This document shows positions 23,545-35,954 of a stretch of 64,000 nt of DNA, one piece after another. Each line of letters starts with the position of its first letter. The stretch's first letter is position 1. Origin of the DNA: Raja brachyura (lineage: Eukaryota). Where the stretch lies: positions 19,344,001 to 19,408,000 of the forward strand of contig OY740804.1 in NCBI GenBank assembly GCA_963514005.1. The letters run 5' to 3'. Both the position numbers and the translations under genes were made by a program. Under the pieces are notes generated by a model. It worked only from the letters and a program-made list of their open reading frames with translations. It made no database searches and was not told where the DNA came from.

Positions 23545-24625
23545 GAGGTGGTTTGAGTGGGAAGGGACAAGTTGACCAGGGAGTTGTCGAGGGAACGGTC
23601 TCTGCGGAAAGCAGAAAGGGGTGGAGATTGGGAAGAAGTTGCCAGTAGTGGGATCCCATTGGAGGTAGTGAAAGTGTTGGAGGATTATATGCTGTTAGCA
23701 ACGGCTGGTGGGGTGGAAGGTGAGGACGAGGGTAGCTCTGTCCTTGTTGTGAATGGGGGGAGGGGGAGCAAGAGTGGAGCTGCAGGATATCGGGAGAGCC
23801 TAGTGAGAGCCTCATCTATAATGGAAGAGGGGAACCCCCAATTCCTAAAGAATAAGGACTTCTACGATGATCTAGTATGGAAAACCTCGTACTGGGCGTA
23901 GATTAGCATAGAAACATAAAATGGGTGCAGGAGGAGGCCATTCGGCCCTTTGAATCCAGCACTGCCATTCATTGTGATCATGGCTGATCATCCCCAATCA
24001 ATAACCCGTGCCTTCTTTCTCCCCATATCCCTTGATTCCACTAGCTCCTGGAGCTCTATCTAACTCTCTCTTAAATCCATCCAGTGATTTGGCCTCCACT
24101 GCCCTCTGTGGCAGGGAATTCCCCAAATTCACACCTCTCTGGGTGAAAAAGTTTTTTCTCACCTCAGTCTTAAATGGCCTCCCCTTTATTCTAAGACTGT
24201 GGCCCCTGGTTCTGGACTCGCCCAACATTGGGAATATTTTTCCTGCATCTAGCTTGTCCAGTCCTTTTATAATTGTATATGTGTCTATAAGATCCTCCCT
24301 CATCCTTCTAAACTCCAGTGAACACAAGTCTAGTATTTTCAATCTTTCCTCATATGACAGTCCTGCCATCCCAGGGATCAATCTCTGCACTGCCTCAATC
24401 ACAAGGATGTCCTTCCTCAAATTAGGAGACCAAAACTGTACACAATTAAGGAATTGGGAGTAGATGATAGAGTCTTTACAGGAAGCAGGGTGGGAAGAAG
24501 TATAGTCTCAATAGCTACTGGAGTCCGTAGGTTAGTAATAGATGTCAGTCAATAGTCTATCTCCTGTGATGGCGAGGGCAATATTCAGAAATGGTAGGGA
24601 GATGTCAGAGATGGTCCAAGCGAAC
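23545..24625 (-). mobile_element. Penelope fragment interrupted by a CR1 3' end (23908-24445)
   Basis: Reverse complement matches the Penelope at 8990-9260 (PTDSSSY..., FPSSIIDEALTR, LVLTFHP). The CR1 insert reads KDILVIEAVQR...FFTQRGVNL. Confidence 0.8.
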
Positions 24626-24737
24626 CTGCTCCCTTGCTACAGATACTCCAGCACTTTGTGACCTTTTCTGAACTAACCAGTGCCTGCAGTTCTTTGTTTC
24701 TACATTTTCACTGGAAACACTTAAAAACAACACTCAC

Positions 24738-24836
24738 TGATGATGTGGGTGATGACAATGACTGAGAGGAGAATCAGAAGCAGGACGGCAGCAATCGTGG
24801 CCCTCAGCCAACATCCACAGAGACAGCTTCTCAACC
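24738..24836 (-). CDS. Gene B (or relic third gene): transmembrane exon with intramembrane Arg
   Basis: Acceptor gagtaatcccctctctttcaccag|gg, resembling the gene A TM acceptor gagtaatc...ctccag. Phase 1/1, donor atc a|gtgagt. Reads GLRSCLCGCWLRATIAAVLLLILLSVIVITHII. Linkage to the 44784 exon across about 20 kb is inferred from phase, strand and the absence of another TM exon that I could find. Confidence 0.8.
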
Positions 24837-24964
24837 CTGGTGAAAGAGAGGGGATTACTCATCAGGGAGACTGCACTGGGCCTTGTTCACAAACTCGGCA
24901 AGAACTCGGGGCCCGCACTGTAGACTGACATCAAATAACTGTGACAGCGCTGTCCATTCACACA

Positions 24965-26152
24965 CTCCCAGAGCATGGACTGAACACTGCTGCAGAGTGC
25001 CTTGTCAAGATCAACGGCTCTTTGTTGGCCCCCATTCACTTTGGGAGGGGGTTTGTCAGGGATGTCCCATTTCCGGCCATCTATATTCTATCTGTGTGGA
25101 GCCATTCCTGTGCCTCCTACGGAGGCGGTTGGCAGAACTGGTTTTGCAGGGGCTGGGGTGGAGGTGGTTCTCTTGGCCTACGCCGATGATGTCATTTTGA
25201 TGTTCACCGACCCTGTTGATCTGCGGAGGATGCGTGAGTGCCAGCAGGATTTCTCGGCTGCGTCCTCCGCCAAGATCAACTGGGGGAAGTGTTCTGGTCT
25301 CATGGTGGGTCGGTGGCAGGTGGACTCCCTGCCGGAGGAGATGGCAGGTTTTGTGTGGATGCCCAGTGTACCGTTCCGTGACGCGAAGAGGCGCGTGTTG
25401 TGCAGGCCGCTCCTGCACACTCTCCACGTCCTCGCCCTCGTCGTATGTCCTGACACACCCTGGCGGTCCGTGTTACCACCTGACGGCGGGAGCGGTCCAC
25501 AGTGGAGGTCTCTCTACAAGGGAGTCCTCCCCCTTTACATCGGGGACCTGGGGTGGAGAGTGTTGCACAAAGCCATGTCCTGCAACAGGTACTTGAGCCG
25601 GTTCACAGACTCGTCCGCCGCCTGTCACTTCTGCGGCGAGGAGGAGTCCGTGTACCATTTGTACACGCAGTGTGAGAGGTTGCAGCCCATGTTCCAGTAT
25701 TTGAAGGGGCTGCTCCTCAGGTATTGGCTCCATTTTAGTTGGACGCTCCTGACTTTTGGGCACCTGGTACAGAGGGGGGAGAGTCGGGAGGAGGGAGGGG
25801 CGTCTCCCTGTCGGTCTGCTCCTGGGCCTAGCCAAGATGGCCATTCGCGGGTCCAGGCAGCGGGCAGTCAATGGCCGCACCGGGCTTGACTGCCTGCCCC
25901 TTTTCCGGGGTTACGTCCGTGCCCGTGTGTCCCTGGAGAGGGAACATGCGGTGTCGACAGGGACGCTGGAAGCCTTCCGTGAAAGCTGGTCACCGTGGGA
26001 GGTCGATTGGATTATAGACAAGGATGGCAGGTTTTTAATTTGAATTTTTGTCTTGTTTGTAAACTGCCGATACAGGCAGTTTTTGATATGAATGCTATAC
26101 TACTTTGTATGTTAATTTTGTTTTTGGAATAAAGTATTTGTAAAAAAAAAAA
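24965..26152 (+). mobile_element. Tx1/L1-clade non-LTR retrotransposon, internally deleted 3' part with polyA
   Basis: GVCQGCPISGHLYSICVEPFL, LAYADDV, DLGWRVLH and CHFCGEEESVYHLYTQC (C-terminal zinc finger); aataaa followed by an A-tail at about 26128-26152. Confidence 0.88.
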
Positions 26153-26548
26153 GCATTGACAGACACTGTGTGAGGCTCCCTCTACATTGACCCATCACAC
26201 AGTCCCAGAACATGGATCGACACAGAGTGAAGCTCTCAAGGTCGGATACAGACTGGCACTGCTCCGATGGCTGAGAGTTTTTAAATAGCTTTTGAAAGGT
26301 TTTCGTCAAAGGAAGAGGGACAGAAGCAATGAGATTTCAAGGTTAGACATAACGTCGGACTGCAAGGACTTTTCCTTTCAAAGGATTTCTCCATTTAGCG
26401 AGGAATTCCGGCGCTTTTCTGGAGTGCCGTGGTAGCAGCAGTGGCTGGTGAATTGCCAACTGTACCTGGAGACTGGGAGTCGAATAAAAAAGCGGTGTTT
26501 GTGGTTTCTGGCATCGTAACCCTGCTCCCAGACCGTTTTGCCCAGACC

Positions 26549-27040
26549 AGGTCACGGAGCTGGTCAGATTGAAGTTGCAGATATCAGTGATGTTCTGTGG
26601 CCTGATCTGTGTTCCTGACACTGGCTCTGAGGAGATACTTGTAAACCCCTTGATACCCAATAACCCGTCTCCAACAGCCACGAGCCACGAATGAGCCGAT
26701 CCCAGTTCATTTCCACCCACTAGTTTAATTCTTCCCTCCCCATTCAGTTCAGCCAGTTGTTGCTGGAGGAAGTCTACACGTGCGCTGCGCCTCCTTCCCG
26801 ACTACTGCCCGCACTCATCCACAAACTCTACACTGTGTCCTGTTTGTGGCTCTGTATCCTGGGAATTCTCTCCAGTTCCATGTCTTTTGTCACTCATTAA
26901 AAACCTGAGGGTGACCCAGCTCAGACCGGCCCTGAAACTGGCCAACAGTGGCAGCCCTGGGACTGTGATGGGCACAGACCCAGACTGGGTAGCGTGCTGT
27001 GTTCCAGAGTGAATCCAGCACATGCAGCTCCTGGGTCACA
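26549..27040 (-). pseudogene. Relic of a third SLAM-like copy: truncated IgC2 exon (26626-26549) plus homologous upstream intron
   Basis: Reads EPVSGTQIRPQNITDICNFNLTSSVT (B-strand Cys changed to Ser), then homology is lost. 26630-27040 aligns with the gene B intron 45065-45590 and partly with gene A 4720-4966, but the polypyrimidine tract is deleted. Confidence 0.85.
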
Positions 27041-28681
27041 TATTGTAGTAGGATCTTGTTTGGTTGGGCAGGTGAGCTGACGAATGGTTAATGGAGTTCA
27101 GGTTTGGTCACCCTGCTACAGGAAGGATGCTGTTCAGCTGGAAAGAGTGCAGTGAAGATTTATGGGGTGGAAGATTGCAACCTACACGTGGTCTGCGCTG
27201 TTACGACTAATGCAATCAACTCGACATGCACAAATGGAAGATCAAATAGAACAAATTGTCCAACAACTTTAGGCTGTGCGCGGCACACGAAAGAAGAAGC
27301 AGAAGAAGATTTACAAGGATGTGAGGGCCAACGCTATAGGGAGAGTTTGAGCAGGCTGGGACTTTATTCTTTGGCGTACAAGCAGATGATGTGTATAATA
27401 TACATCTTATAGAAGTTAAATTTAGTTTAGAGATACTGTAGAAACAGGCCCTCCTGCCCACCGAGTCCACACTGAACATCAAGCTCCTACAATTTCTGGA
27501 TTCTCTCCCCATTTAGAAAATAGTCTACGCCTTTATTTCTACGACCAAAATGCATGATTCCACACTTTGCTACACTATATTCCATCTGCCACTTGTCTGC
27601 CCACAATCCCAAGTCCTTCTGCAGACTCCTTGCTTTCTCTACACTACCTGCCCTTCCACCTATTTTCATATCATCCACAAACTTGGCCACAAAGCCTTCA
27701 ATCCCCTCGTCCAAATCATTCATTTACAACTAGAAGAGTAGCAGCCCCAGTACCAACCCCTGCGGAACTGTGCTAGTCACTGGCAGCCAACCAGAAAAAA
27801 AACCTTTTATTGCCACTCTTTGTCTTCTGCCATCCAGCCAACCTGCTATCCATGCTAGTATCTGCCCTTTGATACCGTGGGCTCTCATCTTCCTTATCAG
27901 CCTCACGTGTGGCACCTTATCAAAGGCTTTCTGAAAATCGAAGTAAATAACATCTACTGACTCTCCTTTGTCTGTCCTGCTATTTACTTCTTCAAAGAAA
28001 TCCAGCAAATTTGTCAAGTAAGACCTCCCCTCCACAAACCCATGCTGACTTTGGCCTATTTTATCGTGAACTTCTAAGTACTCCGTAACCTCATTTTTTA
28101 TAATGGACTCAAAAATCTTATCAACCACCGAAGTCAGACTAACTGACCTATAGATCCCACTTTTCTGCTTGGCTTCCTTCTTGTGCAATAGGTTATATAT
28201 TGGCTACTTTCCAATCATCTAGGACCTCTCCTGTCTCTAGTGATTCTTGAACAAAAAGTAAAATTGTAGTTTAGGAGGCAGAGATCAATCATGATTGAAT
28301 GGTGGACTCGATGGGCCGAATGGCCTAGGTGACTTATCCACCTTCAGCCTTTTCAGTTTACCAAGTAATAACCGCTCCACTAACTTCCAACCCCTGACTC
28401 GCTTGAATGTCAGGGACGTTGCTGGAGTCTCCTACTGTGTAGACTGATGCAAAAAAGTTATTCAACTCCTCTGCCATTTCTTTATTCCCCATTATCACTT
28501 CTCCTGCATCATTCTCCAGTGATCCAACTTCCACTCTTGCCTCTTTCTTACTCTTTATATAACTGAAGACCTTCCTGCTATCCGCTTATATTATTGCTAT
28601 CCACTTAGCTTACCTTCGTATTTCATCTTTCCTCCCGGTATTGCTTTTTTTTAATTACCTTCTGTTGTTCTTTCAAAGCTT

Positions 28682-29612
28682 TTTACTATATACATCAATA
28701 ATTTAAGTGAAGGGATTCAAGGTAACATTAGCAAATTTGCAGATGACAGATGAGAATGCAGGGTGACTTGGAAAGGTTGAGTGAGTGGGCAGATACAGTT
28801 TAATGTGGATAAATGTGAGGTTATCAACTTTGGTAGCAAAAACAGGAAGGCAGATTACTATCTAAATGGTGTCACGTTGGGAAAAGGGGAAATACAACGG
28901 GATCTGGGGGTCCTTGTTTATCAGTCAATGAAAGTAAGCATGCAGGTACAGCAGGCAGTGAAGAAAGCGAATGGCATGTTGGCCTTTATAACAAGAGGAG
29001 TTGAGTACAGGAGGAAAGAGGTCCTTCTGCAGTTCTATAGGGCCTTAGTGAGACCACACCTGGAGAATTGTGTAGAGTTTTGGTCCCCTAAATTGAGGAA
29101 GGACATTTTTGCTATTGAGGGAGTGCAGCATAGGTTTACAAGGTTAATTCCCGGGATGGCGCGACTGTCATATGCTGAGAGAATGGAGCGGCTGGGCTTG
29201 TATACTCTGAAGTTTAGAAGGATGAGAGGGGATCTTATTGAAACATATAAGATTATTAAAGGTTTGGACATGATAGAGGCAGGAAACATGTTCCCGATGT
29301 TGGGGAGTCCAGAACCAGGGGACACAGTTTAAGAATAAGGGGTAAGCTATTTAGAACAGAGACGAGGAAACACTTTTTCTCACAGAGAGTTGTGAGTGTG
29401 GAATTCTCTGCCTTAGAGGGCGGTGGAGGCCGGTTCTCTGGATACTTTCAAGATAGAGCTAGAAAGGGCTCTTAAAGATAGCGGAGTCAGGAGATTATGG
29501 ATAGAAGGCAGGAATGGGGTACTGATTGGGGATGATCAGCCATGATCACATTGAATGGCCATGCTGGCTTGAAGGGCCGAATGGCCTACTCCTGCACCCA
29601 TTGTCTATTGTC
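28682..29612 (+). mobile_element. CR1 3' portion nested in the minus-strand CR1
   Basis: FNVDKCEV...LVRPHLENCVEFWSP...RGDLIETYK and a (ctattgt) tail. Confidence 0.88.
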
Positions 29613-30026
29613 TTCCCAATCCTCTGGCTTCCCACTAATCTTCGCTATGTTATATGCCTTATCTCTTATTTTTATACTGTCCGTGATTTCACTTGTCAGC
29701 CACGGTCGCCTCTTTCTCCCCCTAGAATCTTTCTTCGTCTTTCGAATGAAAAGAGCCTGCATCTTCCGGATTAAGCCCAGAAATTCCTGCCATTGCTGTT
29801 CCACCGTCACCCCTGCTGGGGTCCCTTTCCAGTGAACTGAGTCCAGCTCATGCCTCTGTAGTCCCCTTTGCTCAGCTGCAATACCGACACATCCGATTTC
29901 ACCATCTCCCCCTCAAATTGCAGATTAAATCTATCACGTTACCTCCTAATGGTTCCTTTACCATAAGTTCCCTTATTCAATCCAGTTCATTACATAACAC
30001 TAAATCCAGAATTGCCTTTTCCCTAG

Positions 30027-30657
30027 AGGGTGGTTGCACGTAAGGTCATCGGGCCAAAGGGCGTGACACCAGGAGCAGGTTAATCCTTCTGGAGGACATG
30101 GCAGCCTCCGGCATACACTGTTAACACACAAAATGCGTACTTTCTTACCTGTTAAAAACTGCCGAAATGGTCAATTTTTGCGCTGGAAATAATTGTGGCG
30201 GGTGACTGAGCGCGCTGAACCAGATGCTCTTTGCTCTGAACCAGAGCACCAAGGCGTAAGCGGCCGAAGGAGCGCATCCCTCAGGACCGCCCCCATTCTC
30301 CCCCCGGGGTCAGCATTGTCCGGCCACAGCCCCCCTGACCAACCCCACCCCCCACGGCAACCCCCCAGTCTGGTCCCTCAGCCCACCCAGAGGCACTGAC
30401 CACGCTGCACCGGCACCCCGACCTCCGAACCCCCTGACCTCCGAACCCCCCCACCCCGGCCACGGGTATAGACGGCCCGGGGTCCACGAATGTGAAACCA
30501 GTCAGCGTGAAGTCCGGATGCTGGGACAGAAGAAGGGCCCGCTGTACTGACAGCCATAGTAAGTGCTTACCTGACGTTCACCATGTGTACTCCAGAAGGC
30601 GTTGCGTGGCAACAGTACGGTCACGGGTCATGACCTCAACTGCCGTGCAACCTCCCT
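30027..30657. mobile_element. Non-autonomous TIR DNA element (family uncertain)
   Basis: Imperfect TIR agggtggttgcacg...cgtgcaacctccct; the CR1 sequence resumes on both sides. Confidence 0.7.
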
Positions 30658-31689
30658 ATTAGGCTCCAGTACACGCTGCTCCAAGAATCCTTCTTAGAGG
30701 CACTCTATAAATTCCCTTTCTTGTGGTCCAGTAACAACCTGATTTTCACAGTCTATCTGCATATTGAAATCTCCTATGACCACCGTTGCATTGCCTATTT
30801 TTAAATACCAATTTTATCTCCTGATGTAACTTGTACCCTATATCCTGGCTACTGTTTGGGGCCTGTAATTAACTATCATTGGAGTCTTTTCACCCCTATA
30901 ATTTCTCAGCTCTATCCACAATGACTACATCTTCTGATCCTATGTCACCCCTCGCTAAGGACTGAATTTCATTCCTAACCAACAGAGCTACCCCACCCCT
31001 CTAGCCACCTTTCTATATTTCCGATAGGACGTATAACCTTGAATACTTGAATAGCCAAATGGCGTACTTCTACTCCTAGAACCTATGATTGTATGATATT
31101 TAGTTGATGCCAAATCGCAAAGACATGACAAAGTGTTCTCCAAAATACAGAGGGTGATGGAGCTGATATCTGACCACAGGTGGATGACGCAGGTGGGGAG
31201 GAGGAGCTCATCAGGTATGAAGAGCAGGACGTTGTAAACATTGTGTTTATAGGCTCAGATGTTCATAAGCGATAGGAACAGAATTAGGCCATTCGGCCCA
31301 TCGACTACTATGCCATTCAAACATTGCTGGTCTATATTTCCCTTTTTAACCCCATTCTTCTGCTTTCTCCCCCTAAACTCCATTGGAACATCATATGCCC
31401 AGTGGCAGGAAAACCTCACCAATCGCGACCCCCTCACTCGGGGCTAGGCACGGTTTTCATAGGCTTTCCTGACATCTTGGAGGCTGCGACAATGGCTGAA
31501 GGGCCAACAACCCCAGCCCATCGCTTTCACACAGCTATCTCTATTTACTCATGTCGGGATGCACATACTTTTCAAATCACTTTGCTCAGACTGCTACTCA
31601 AAGACCTGATGCTGAAAATCCTTTCTACACAACTAAAAACGCCTTCAACCCCTTCACCATCACGGATCGCAAGTGCAGGACAAAGCAAA

Positions 31690-33103
31690 AGGTATGTAGT
31701 TTATTTAACCATTTTTCCCAGTCCCTACCTGGGTGAGGATGCGTCCTTCCTCCCAGCGGCCAGCCGAACCTCGCCGCCCCACTGGGGCCCACTCACCTCG
31801 CCGCCGCACCGAGTCCTACCCACCTCGCCCGCTGCACCGGGGCCTACTCACCTGCTCACTTGGGGCCTACCCACCTCGCCGCCGCACCGGACCCACCGAA
31901 CTGCGCTGCCGCACCGGGGCCCACCGAACCTCGCCACCTCACCGGACCCACTGAGCCTCGCCGCCCCACCGACCACCCGCCCACTGGGACCTCCCACGCT
32001 TTGCCCGCTGACCCGGACTCCACTTCCTGTGGTCTTCCACCATCGATTCCACCAACCCGCGCCACTTCCCCGCTCTACAGTAGCAATGTTAAAAAAATTT
32101 GAGATTTTAAAAATCAAGTTTGCAATTTATCCCATCAGATAAAGCATAAAAAGAAGTTTAATTTGACACCTAATTCACTTTCATATCTTCAGTATTAAGA
32201 AAGTTATGGCCATTTTCATACTCGGAAATTAGCATCTTGTTCCCCATTGCCTTTCAATTGACTTAACTCAAAAGCTGTGATCTGGAACAGTTAAAAGCCC
32301 ATAACTTTCTTAAAAATTAAGAGAACTCTATGAAATTTTCAGTTATTATAAATTGAAGCATTCTGAAACAAATATGAAACAATCTTACTTGGATGACCTG
32401 AAATTAAAGCATATAATTAGTTAGTTATCTAATTGTAGCTAATTACAAAATTCAATGAGCAGATGTAAACATCTATCCATTTCTTAAGAAAAGATAAACT
32501 TTTTTAAAATTGCCTAAGTGTCCAAATGACATTCACACAATAATCCACAATATAACATAATTTTTAAATCTCATTTTCATGAATTTCTGGGCCAAATGGA
32601 AGGAATTTAGTGTTTGATTCCTGTAAATTAATGGCGATTAAATCAACTAGCGAGTGGGTTTTAGTGGAATGCAGTGGATTGGAACGTTGCGGTTAGCAGT
32701 GAAGTCAGGAGGAAAAATACTGTTTGTTCATACATTTTTTTGGACCCCATTTCGCAACATGAAAATGTTATTAAAGCCTCCCAAAAAACCAACTTTTAAT
32801 ATAAAAATAAACTATTTACCTTTTTTTCTCCCCTACGCAAAATCCTTCCGGTTGTTGGCGCTCACGGCTTTTGAAGGTGATTTTTAAATTACTCTAGTTA
32901 ATAAATAATTTAAAAATACCTTAATTCACAAAATGTTGGAGCGATTTTTCTTCAGCAACGAAATCGCCCGACATGGATCGATTTTCCCTGCTTGTGGAAA
33001 AACGGCACTTTAAGCCCGCCCCCCTCTGAAAGGCGCCAAAGTCGCGCACACGGGGAGCGGCAGAACTGCAGCGCTGCTCAAGGTAAGTTTTGTAACATAC
33101 CTA
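31690..33103. mobile_element. Probable non-autonomous DNA transposon (GC-rich repeats plus AT-rich core)
   Basis: Short inverted ends aggtatgt...acatacct, GC-rich degenerate repeats (cacctcgccgccgcacc) and an AT-rich interior. The left boundary is uncertain. Confidence 0.4.
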
Positions 33104-33104
33104 T

Positions 33105-34078
33105 CTACAGCAGCCCGCAGACGTCGCCTTACCTGCAGCCTGGACTCAGCACCGGGCCTGAAGCTTCCACCTGCAGACTCCCACTCCCCTGGGTTTGACA
33201 GCGCTGGGTCCTCGTGCCAGTCCCCCCAACCCTGGTAACATCCGTGGTTGTTCCACTGGGTCTTCCCCATCCCCTTCAAACCATGTGACCGCAGCTCTTC
33301 CCCACCCACACCACAGTCCCTATACACCCCCTGACCACCCCCCCCCCCCCCCCCCCCCACCAGACATCGCCTCGGCCTCAGTCCACTCACCTGCCTTCCT
33401 CCGGCCCCAACCCCCATCCATGCCGTATGTTCACCGTCCCCCCTGACCTCCCCCTCTCAGATACCGAATGGTTTGTCCTCAGCAGAGGCATCACCTTTGT
33501 CCCCCTCTGTCCCCACCTCAATGAGTTCCGTGCACGACACGATTTGGAGCTCTTTTTCCGTCGCCTCCACAAAACAGCGTTCTTCCAAAGGGTTTGGGTA
33601 TAAGAGCAGGGAGGTCCTACTGCAGTTCTACAGGGTCTTGGTGAGACCACACCTGGAATATGGCAGTGCAGGCTCGAAGGGCCGAATGGCCTACTCCTGC
33701 ACCTATTTTCTATGTTTCTATGTCTATGTTTCTAAGGAGTCCTCGCCCCCCCATTGATGATCTCTTTTCCCATCTCCAACGGACCCCTGCCTCTTGGACC
33801 CCCCATCAAGGCCATCTTCCGGCTTTAGACCTTTTTATTTTTAACTGCCGGCGGGACATCAACCACCTCAACTTCTCCACTCCCGTCTCACTCTAACCTC
33901 TCCCCCCCTGAACGTACAGCCATCCACTCACTCCGCAACAACCCAGACTGGGTTATCAAACCCGCCAACAAGGGAGGTGCCGTGGTAGTCTGGCGCGCTG
34001 ATCTCTACAAGGCTGAGGCCACGCGCCAACTCTCAGACACCTCCTTCTCTACTTATCATTGGACCATGACCCCACAGA
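33105..34078 (+). mobile_element. Penelope-like N-terminal/RT-upstream fragment (with a small CR1 insert at about 33586-33733)
   Basis: PPDLPLSDTE..VLSRGITFVP..HLNEFRARHDLELFFRRL and IKPANKGGAVVVW are Penelope-type motifs. Confidence 0.75.
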
Positions 34079-35954
34079 ATTTGAAATGCGTCTACCAATT
34101 GATGAGAGAGGAAGCCTAGATTAATCCCAGTAAGGGGTATTGAGACAATGTCTGATGCCTTTGAGGAATGCAGTGAAATTTGGGGTCACCATCCGACGTT
34201 GGAATGGGAGAACATTCTCAGCAGCTTGGACTTCCGAATCCGCCACTTCCTACCGGAGACCACGGCTCCCGAAGTCCACAGGCTGAGCTGGGCGGAGATT
34301 CACGCTGACGGCCCTCGGAAAAAGGATCCCAGGGCTCCGCGATGTTGGAATCAGCGCAGCCCGAGGCGGGGAGCTCCGCAAACCACAGCTCCATGATGTT
34401 GAAGCAGCAGGCCCAACACTCCGGAGCTTCAATCGGCGATCCAGGTAAGGCATCGCCCGCTAAGCGGTGAATCCAATATGTATTTAAAAACCAACTGTTT
34501 AATGACAACATACAGTAGGATCTAAAAGTGTCACACTGTCACTGTCGGGTAATCATGGTCCTCTTGTCTTGGGGATGGGGGATTGGGAGGGGGGGGGGGC
34601 CCTTACAAGTGAAATAGTCTAGGGCCTCTCTTTATCTAAATCCAGCCCCGCCTGCCGGGTTGGCCGGCAGCCCTCCACCTCCAACCCCCCTCCCCTCAGT
34701 CTGACACCGAGAACCTGCTGAAGATGGGCAGCCGCCGGTGTTGCTCGAAACCGGGAGACTTGGAGCCGCTGCTGCTGGAGTTGTCCTGGTCGGAGAGAGA
34801 GTCTGTGGACGGGCTCCTGCCGGCCAAGGGCAGGCTGGGCACTCGCTGGAGCTGCTGTCGGTGGTGCTGGCGGCAGCAGCTACCTCCTCCCCTCCCATGC
34901 CCAGCCCCAAGCCGAGTCCGGGCCAGCACCAACTCCAGGTTGGAGGAGGCTGAGCCCAGGCTGGCGCCCTGGTGCAGGTGAGGCCGGGGCCCTCGCTCCT
35001 CCTCAGGGTTGTGGATGAAGTGGTAGTGGGTACCATAGAGGCAGAAGCCGGTGGTGTGCAAGGCACGGCTTGTACTTGGGCTGGCGGCTGAGCATGGGTG
35101 GAAATCCTGGGGGGGTATAAGGGGGACACGGGCCTCGCATGCATCTCCCTCTCTCCTCCAGCCCAGCACGCCGCTTGACTCGGGGGTGATTCGGTACAAC
35201 ATGGAGTCGGTGCCCGATGAGCAGAGGGAACCGGGACCGGGTCACGGCCAGAGATGTGGTTCTCTATCTGGAAGGCGGAGGGTCTGCTGCGGCAGCTGGC
35301 AGGTACAGAGAGAGAGAGAGAGAGAGGATACCCTGCCCGCGCGTTGCTGCTGCCTCACAGCGCCAGGGACACAGGTTTAGATCCTGACTCCGGGCACAGT
35401 CTGTACGGAATCTTTTTCTCCCCACTAGCGCCTTGTCTGATGTTGATCTCACCCTTGCTGCTGAACAGACCGAGCACCAGTACCGAGTGCTCGCTCCGCC
35501 ACCTCTCTCGCTTAAGTTTATTTTGACAGTGAGTCTCCACAGGGCCCACGGCTGAAGCCTCCGAAGCCGCGCGTGTTTGTGTGAGTGTGCGCATGCACGC
35601 GAGGCCGCCAAGAAATTGTGTCCCCCCCGGTCCCCCCCATGTTTTGATAGCGATTTACGTGACTGCACCCGGAGAACCATCTTTCTCCATTTTAATTAAA
35701 CTCGATGGAGGAGCCTCTACCGCCTCGAGGAAAGAGAATAAAATAAATCGTGGGGGGGGGGGGGGGGGGGAAATTTCTTCTCTTCCGCCAAAGTTATAAA
35801 TGACTGACCCCTCATGCTCAAACTATACTTCCAGGTCTAGATTCCTCAACTAGGAGAAGCATCCTGAGAGAGAATACAGTCCCAATCGGTTATCGAATTA
35901 GTTCAGGAAAATGGGACTGTTAAAAGTTCAGATGTGTTCCGAATTTGTGAATTA

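Larger units (their letters stand above)
27488..31040 (-). mobile_element. Long degraded CR1 (minus) with nested insertions
   Basis: YFDFQKAFDKVPH, YRSVSLTSVV and TVEQQWQEFL in collinear pieces 27488-28680, 29612-30026 and 30658-31040. Confidence 0.85.

Noticed and set aside
31324-32142. 272-aa ORF as a host gene
   Set aside because: It spans a CR1 tail and GC-rich degenerate repeats of a probable transposon; no recognisable domain.
34632-35380. GC-rich overlapping ORFs as a host exon or CpG-island gene
   Set aside because: No consistent frame or splice structure; flanked by repeat termini and more likely a decayed retroelement ORF1. Left unassigned.
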